A DNA stretch of 28,035 nucleotides from a virus (Duplodnaviria; Heunggongvirae; Uroviricota; Caudoviricetes), in the IMG/VR virus record IMGVR_UViG_3300014963_000512, one strand, 5' to 3'. Both the position numbers and the translations under genes were made by a program. Position 1 is the first letter of the stretch, and each line of letters begins with the position of its first letter. Below the pieces are notes generated by a model that was not told the DNA's origin, searched no databases, and worked only from the letters and a program-made list of their open reading frames with translations. Of this stretch, positions 24,978-28,035 are shown piece by piece.

Positions 24978-27083
24978 ATGAGAAATCCCAATGCATTGAT
25001 TGCAATGGCGTTTGTTAGCCAAAACTCAAACAATCCATATTCTGTATTCTGCGAATATATTAAGTATTGTATTTTTTCTGATACTGCAGATGCGATGTCG
25101 ATAAGCGATATTCGAACATCGGTAAGTAAAGAATTTGGGTTGTATATTCCATACAATATCGCTGTAAAATGCCTTTCTATTATCGAGAACGAAGGCATGA
25201 TTGAATTATCTGATCATCAGGTTAAGCGAACCGGTTCTTTTGATACAGATGCGTTCGATCACGAACGAGATGCATATAGAAAAACAGAAACTGCATTGAT
25301 ACAGGCACTGATTAGTTATGTTTCTCAATATGGATTGAGCTGGCCGTTTGAATATGCGAGAGAGCAGCTAATAAAGGTGCTTGACAAAAACGGCCTTGCT
25401 TATGACATATTTATCCATGGAAAGCCTGACAGTAGTTGTGGCACTCAGCCCGCTATTTGCGTTGAGGAACTCAATGAACTACTACCAGATGAGGATGCTG
25501 TTGAAGATGATAATGTGGATAGCCAGCCTCTTTATTCTGATAGCCTTTTTGTCGGTAGATTTATTGATCAAGTTCTTTTGGAAGATGGTGCATACAAGGA
25601 CTATGTATTGAGGATTTGTGAAGGCTTGATGCTTTGTGTTGGCGCGTACCAATTACCCAGTGCAGATGCACAGGCAGCAGCCCCACAAATAAGAAATGCG
25701 GGATTCTTTTTCGACACGAGATTACTTCTTAGATTCGTGGGGTGCGCCGGAGAAGCCGCGGTTGAGGCTGCGAACGAATTAGTCAAGCTCATCCAGTCGA
25801 AAGGCGGTAATATATACTACTATCCTCAGACATTGGAAGAAATGAACCGCGCTTTTGACGAGGCTATATGCAGCCTTTCATACAACGATTCGCCACGAGA
25901 TGAAGAGATGCGGCTTTATGCTGTGCGGGCTAAAAATAGTGTTGCCGTGTTGCGCGCTAAGAAAGCGAATCTGGAAAAAGAATTGGCAAGCGCGAATATC
26001 CATATTCGCCACCACGAAACATTCACCGATGCAGAGCGCATGCGTTTCGGATTTGACAGAATGGATTTGCAAAAGTATATGGAAAGCAAGCTGCGATGGG
26101 ATTCAAGAACGATAGAAAATGATGCATACTCTTTGTGGGAAACACACATGCGTCGACAAGGTGATTACTCTGAGTACTGCGGCTCTCGGCAACAATTGCC
26201 AGTTTTTGTTACTACCAATTCGCGTTTAATTGGAGTTGCTATTGCGTATCGCGATGCAAGACCGTCTGCTAAAGGAATATACGGGTGGAAACAAAATCGA
26301 CTGCCTGTCATTACAGACATACGGTTAACCTGCCGGTTGTGGATTCCCTCGGAACAGAGTTCACGTTTGTCACTCCTGCATCTAACAGCAAACGCTGTAG
26401 CCGCACAACGACCGACACGGCGTTATTTGAATACTGTGCGAGAATTAGCTGTTGAGTTAGAAAAAACTGTGCCTGAATACTCAGGGATTCCTCTGTCAGC
26501 TTTTTTTGAAGATAATGTAACTGATGCTTTACTGACAAAAACTATGGGTGATGAGGAAAAGCTCAATCTCGGATCGTTCGCCAGTTCTCTCGCTGAATTG
26601 TCCGAATGGAAGGCCAGAGAGCAGGAAGAAATCACAAATCGGGTACGTGCAGAGCGGGATGAAAAAAATGCAGAATTTGATCAGCAGACAGCGAGCATCA
26701 TTAGAGGTGCGGTAGATAGCAACAAAGGCAAACTTGGTTTTGTTGGTTTGCTTTTGCGTATGATCCTCTGGTGGCCAGCCATTGTAGCACTATTATTTGC
26801 GGGTATAGGTTCTGTGCTTTCTTGGACAATCGGTAATTGGAGCGTTGTATGGATCGCATTGTTACCGATTGCGGCTAAAGGTTTAGAAATGCTATTTGCA
26901 TCAAAAATCGCAGAAAAAACAATGCTGAAGTGGTATATACCAAAAGCCGAAGCCACTTTTAGTAAGCGTATAGAGAGGAATTTACGACAAGCAGAACAAC
27001 CATACAAAGAAATCATCATGCGACAAGTAAAAGAGGAAACATCTTTGTGGGCGAAGTGTCAATCAATCTTGAATTCCAAATAA
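24978..27083 (+). CDS. 701-aa hypothetical protein with a PIN-like central domain, coiled coil and two C-terminal TM helices
   Basis: FFFDTRLLL, QTLEEM, ENDAYSL and FVTTN show PIN-like spacing. Hydrophobic WWPAIVALLFAGIGSVLSW and WSVVWIALLPIAA. AT-rich. Confidence 0.75.
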   Translation: MRNPNALIAMAFVSQNSNNPYSVFCEYIKYCIFSDTADAMSISDIRTSVSKEFGLYIPYNIAVKCLSIIENEGMIELSDHQVKRTGSFDTDAFDHERDAYRKTETALIQALISYVSQYGLSWPFEYAREQLIKVLDKNGLAYDIFIHGKPDSSCGTQPAICVEELNELLPDEDAVEDDNVDSQPLYSDSLFVGRFIDQVLLEDGAYKDYVLRICEGLMLCVGAYQLPSADAQAAAPQIRNAGFFFDTRLLLRFVGCAGEAAVEAANELVKLIQSKGGNIYYYPQTLEEMNRAFDEAICSLSYNDSPRDEEMRLYAVRAKNSVAVLRAKKANLEKELASANIHIRHHETFTDAERMRFGFDRMDLQKYMESKLRWDSRTIENDAYSLWETHMRRQGDYSEYCGSRQQLPVFVTTNSRLIGVAIAYRDARPSAKGIYGWKQNRLPVITDIRLTCRLWIPSEQSSRLSLLHLTANAVAAQRPTRRYLNTVRELAVELEKTVPEYSGIPLSAFFEDNVTDALLTKTMGDEEKLNLGSFASSLAELSEWKAREQEEITNRVRAERDEKNAEFDQQTASIIRGAVDSNKGKLGFVGLLLRMILWWPAIVALLFAGIGSVLSWTIGNWSVVWIALLPIAAKGLEMLFASKIAEKTMLKWYIPKAEATFSKRIERNLRQAEQPYKEIIMRQVKEETSLWAKCQSILNSK

Positions 27084-27121
27084 TACGTTTGGTGCAAGGG
27101 ACCAGCATTTACGCTCCGTTT

Positions 27122-27262
27122 GTAACCGTCAAATCCTCAGACGCATAGACACACATGAGACAATACCTGACCCGCTATTTGGAGGATGGTCGTTTGGAGC
27201 TAAGCAACAACCGGGCGGAACGCAATATAAAGCCTTTTGTTGTAGGCCGAAAGAATTGGCTT
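27122..27262 (+). mobile_element. IS66-family relic (transposase fragment, possible terminal repeat at 27122)
   Basis: YLTRYLEDGRLELSNNRAERNIKPFVVGRKNWL is the conserved IS66 TnpC motif. GTAACCGTC resembles IS66 GTAAGCG ends. Confidence 0.8.
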
Positions 27263-27391
27263 TCTGCACGTCATCCACAAGCGCCTCGGCAGCAATGGGA
27301 TTTTTCAGCCCCCGGTAATATAGTCCGCAATGCCGTTCAGATCGTCCTCAAACAGCGGCAGGAACCGCAGCTTATAATGCTTTCCGTTCGT
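27258..27391 (-). pseudogene. RelE/ParE-family toxin pseudogene
   Basis: Minus strand: (ACG)NGKHYKLRFLPLFEDDLNGIADYIT, frameshift, LKNPIAAEALVDDVQKA, then truncated at the IS66 relic. Confidence 0.75.
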
Positions 27392-27641
27392 GGATGCGAT
27401 TCCTCACTCTGCTGAAAACCTCGTCCTCCGTGTAGCGCACACTGTCGGCGGCAGCGGCCTTATCCGCTTCGTCGAGCTTCATCTCGGCCTCATCCGTCAG
27501 CGCGGCATACTGCTCCAGACTCAAAACCACCATGGAGCCATAGCCGTTTTTCGTCAGGTAGACAGGCCCACCCTTCTTGACGATTTCCTCGATCTCCGTG
27601 AACTTGTTCCGCAAATCCGAAACCGGTCGAATGGTAATCAT
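27372..27641 (-). CDS. Phd/YefM-family antitoxin
   Basis: MITIRPVSDLRNKF.EI...GPVYLTKNGYGSMVVLSLEQY. GGAGGAGG RBS before ATG 27641. Confidence 0.9.
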   Translation of the reverse strand: MITIRPVSDLRNKFTEIEEIVKKGGPVYLTKNGYGSMVVLSLEQYAALTDEAEMKLDEADKAAAADSVRYTEDEVFSRVRNRIHERKAL

Positions 27642-27957
27642 ACGCAAAACCTCCTCCCCGATTGCCATGCTTGGATATGGCTATATTTTGTCATAGTTAT
27701 GCCACATCGTCAACGGCTTATGCGCAGGGATAATGTTCTTTCCGTCGCTATATCAGTGTGCTGGCAGAAAGGTTTGGCATCATGTAACCCACAAAAACGT
27801 TCGTCAGATTCACAATAAAACGCTGTCGTTTTCAACAAAAACGCGCAAAGGAACTGTTAAGATTAGGTTTTCATTTCACCGCTAAAAGTTGCAAAAATCT
27901 CAAGTTTTTACAGGGTTATATAACTTCCCTTTGCAATATGGATGCAATATGTCAGCC

Positions 27958-27982
27958 TTGGGAGAGCGTTCGGTTCGCATCC
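27958..27982 (+). pseudogene. tRNA fragment (tRNA-Ala CGC-like D-arm/anticodon portion); possible att-site relic
   Basis: TTGGGAGAGCGTTCGG-TTCGCAT-CC. 18 of 20 positions match 1510-1529. Confidence 0.5.
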
Positions 27983-28035
27983 CTATGGTCGCACATCGAC
28001 CTGCGAGTTTCAGTCCATGATTTCGGAGAGGTTTT

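Noticed and set aside
27765..27850. Weak similarity to the putative oriT region (AAAGGTT(T)GGCA, AAACGC..CG.TTT)
   Set aside because: The matches are too short and not colinear.
1..28035. CRISPR array, rRNA or intact tRNA
   Set aside because: No regularly spaced repeats or complete cloverleaf found. Only partial tRNA-like relics are present.

Overview
This window is accessory DNA that looks like a gut Firmicute (Clostridia/Oscillospiraceae-like, inferred from gene families and RBS/promoter style). The GC-rich centre (~1.95-22.4 kb) is a degenerate integrative conjugative/mobilisable element. It carries a hairpin-rich putative oriT region, a frameshifted relaxosome accessory gene, a MobP3/MOBL-type relaxase, a DUF3991/TOPRIM protein, an inverted dinD, a VirD4-like coupling protein and a small HTH protein. 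Its cargo is a LytTR/GHKL two-component system divergent from three paralogous lipoproteins and an ABC module. It ends with an XRE regulator, a sigma70-r4-like gene, a long structured non-coding region, an AbrB-like gene, a small ORF and a large serine recombinase. No mating-pore genes were seen, and an in-frame deletion scar at ~2430 may mark their loss. The AT-richer flanks hold defence/toxin-antitoxin genes. On the left are a Phd-like antitoxin paired with a truncated HipA-like kinase and an hsdS fragment. On the right are an Abi_2/AbiF-like HEPN protein with a separately promoted two-hairpin small RNA, a ~700-aa PIN-like protein with two TM helices, and an orphan Phd antitoxin with a dead RelE/ParE toxin. 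Serine recombinase relics, an IS66 relic and tRNA-like relics near both ends are also present. All family assignments come from motif recognition by eye, not database searches.
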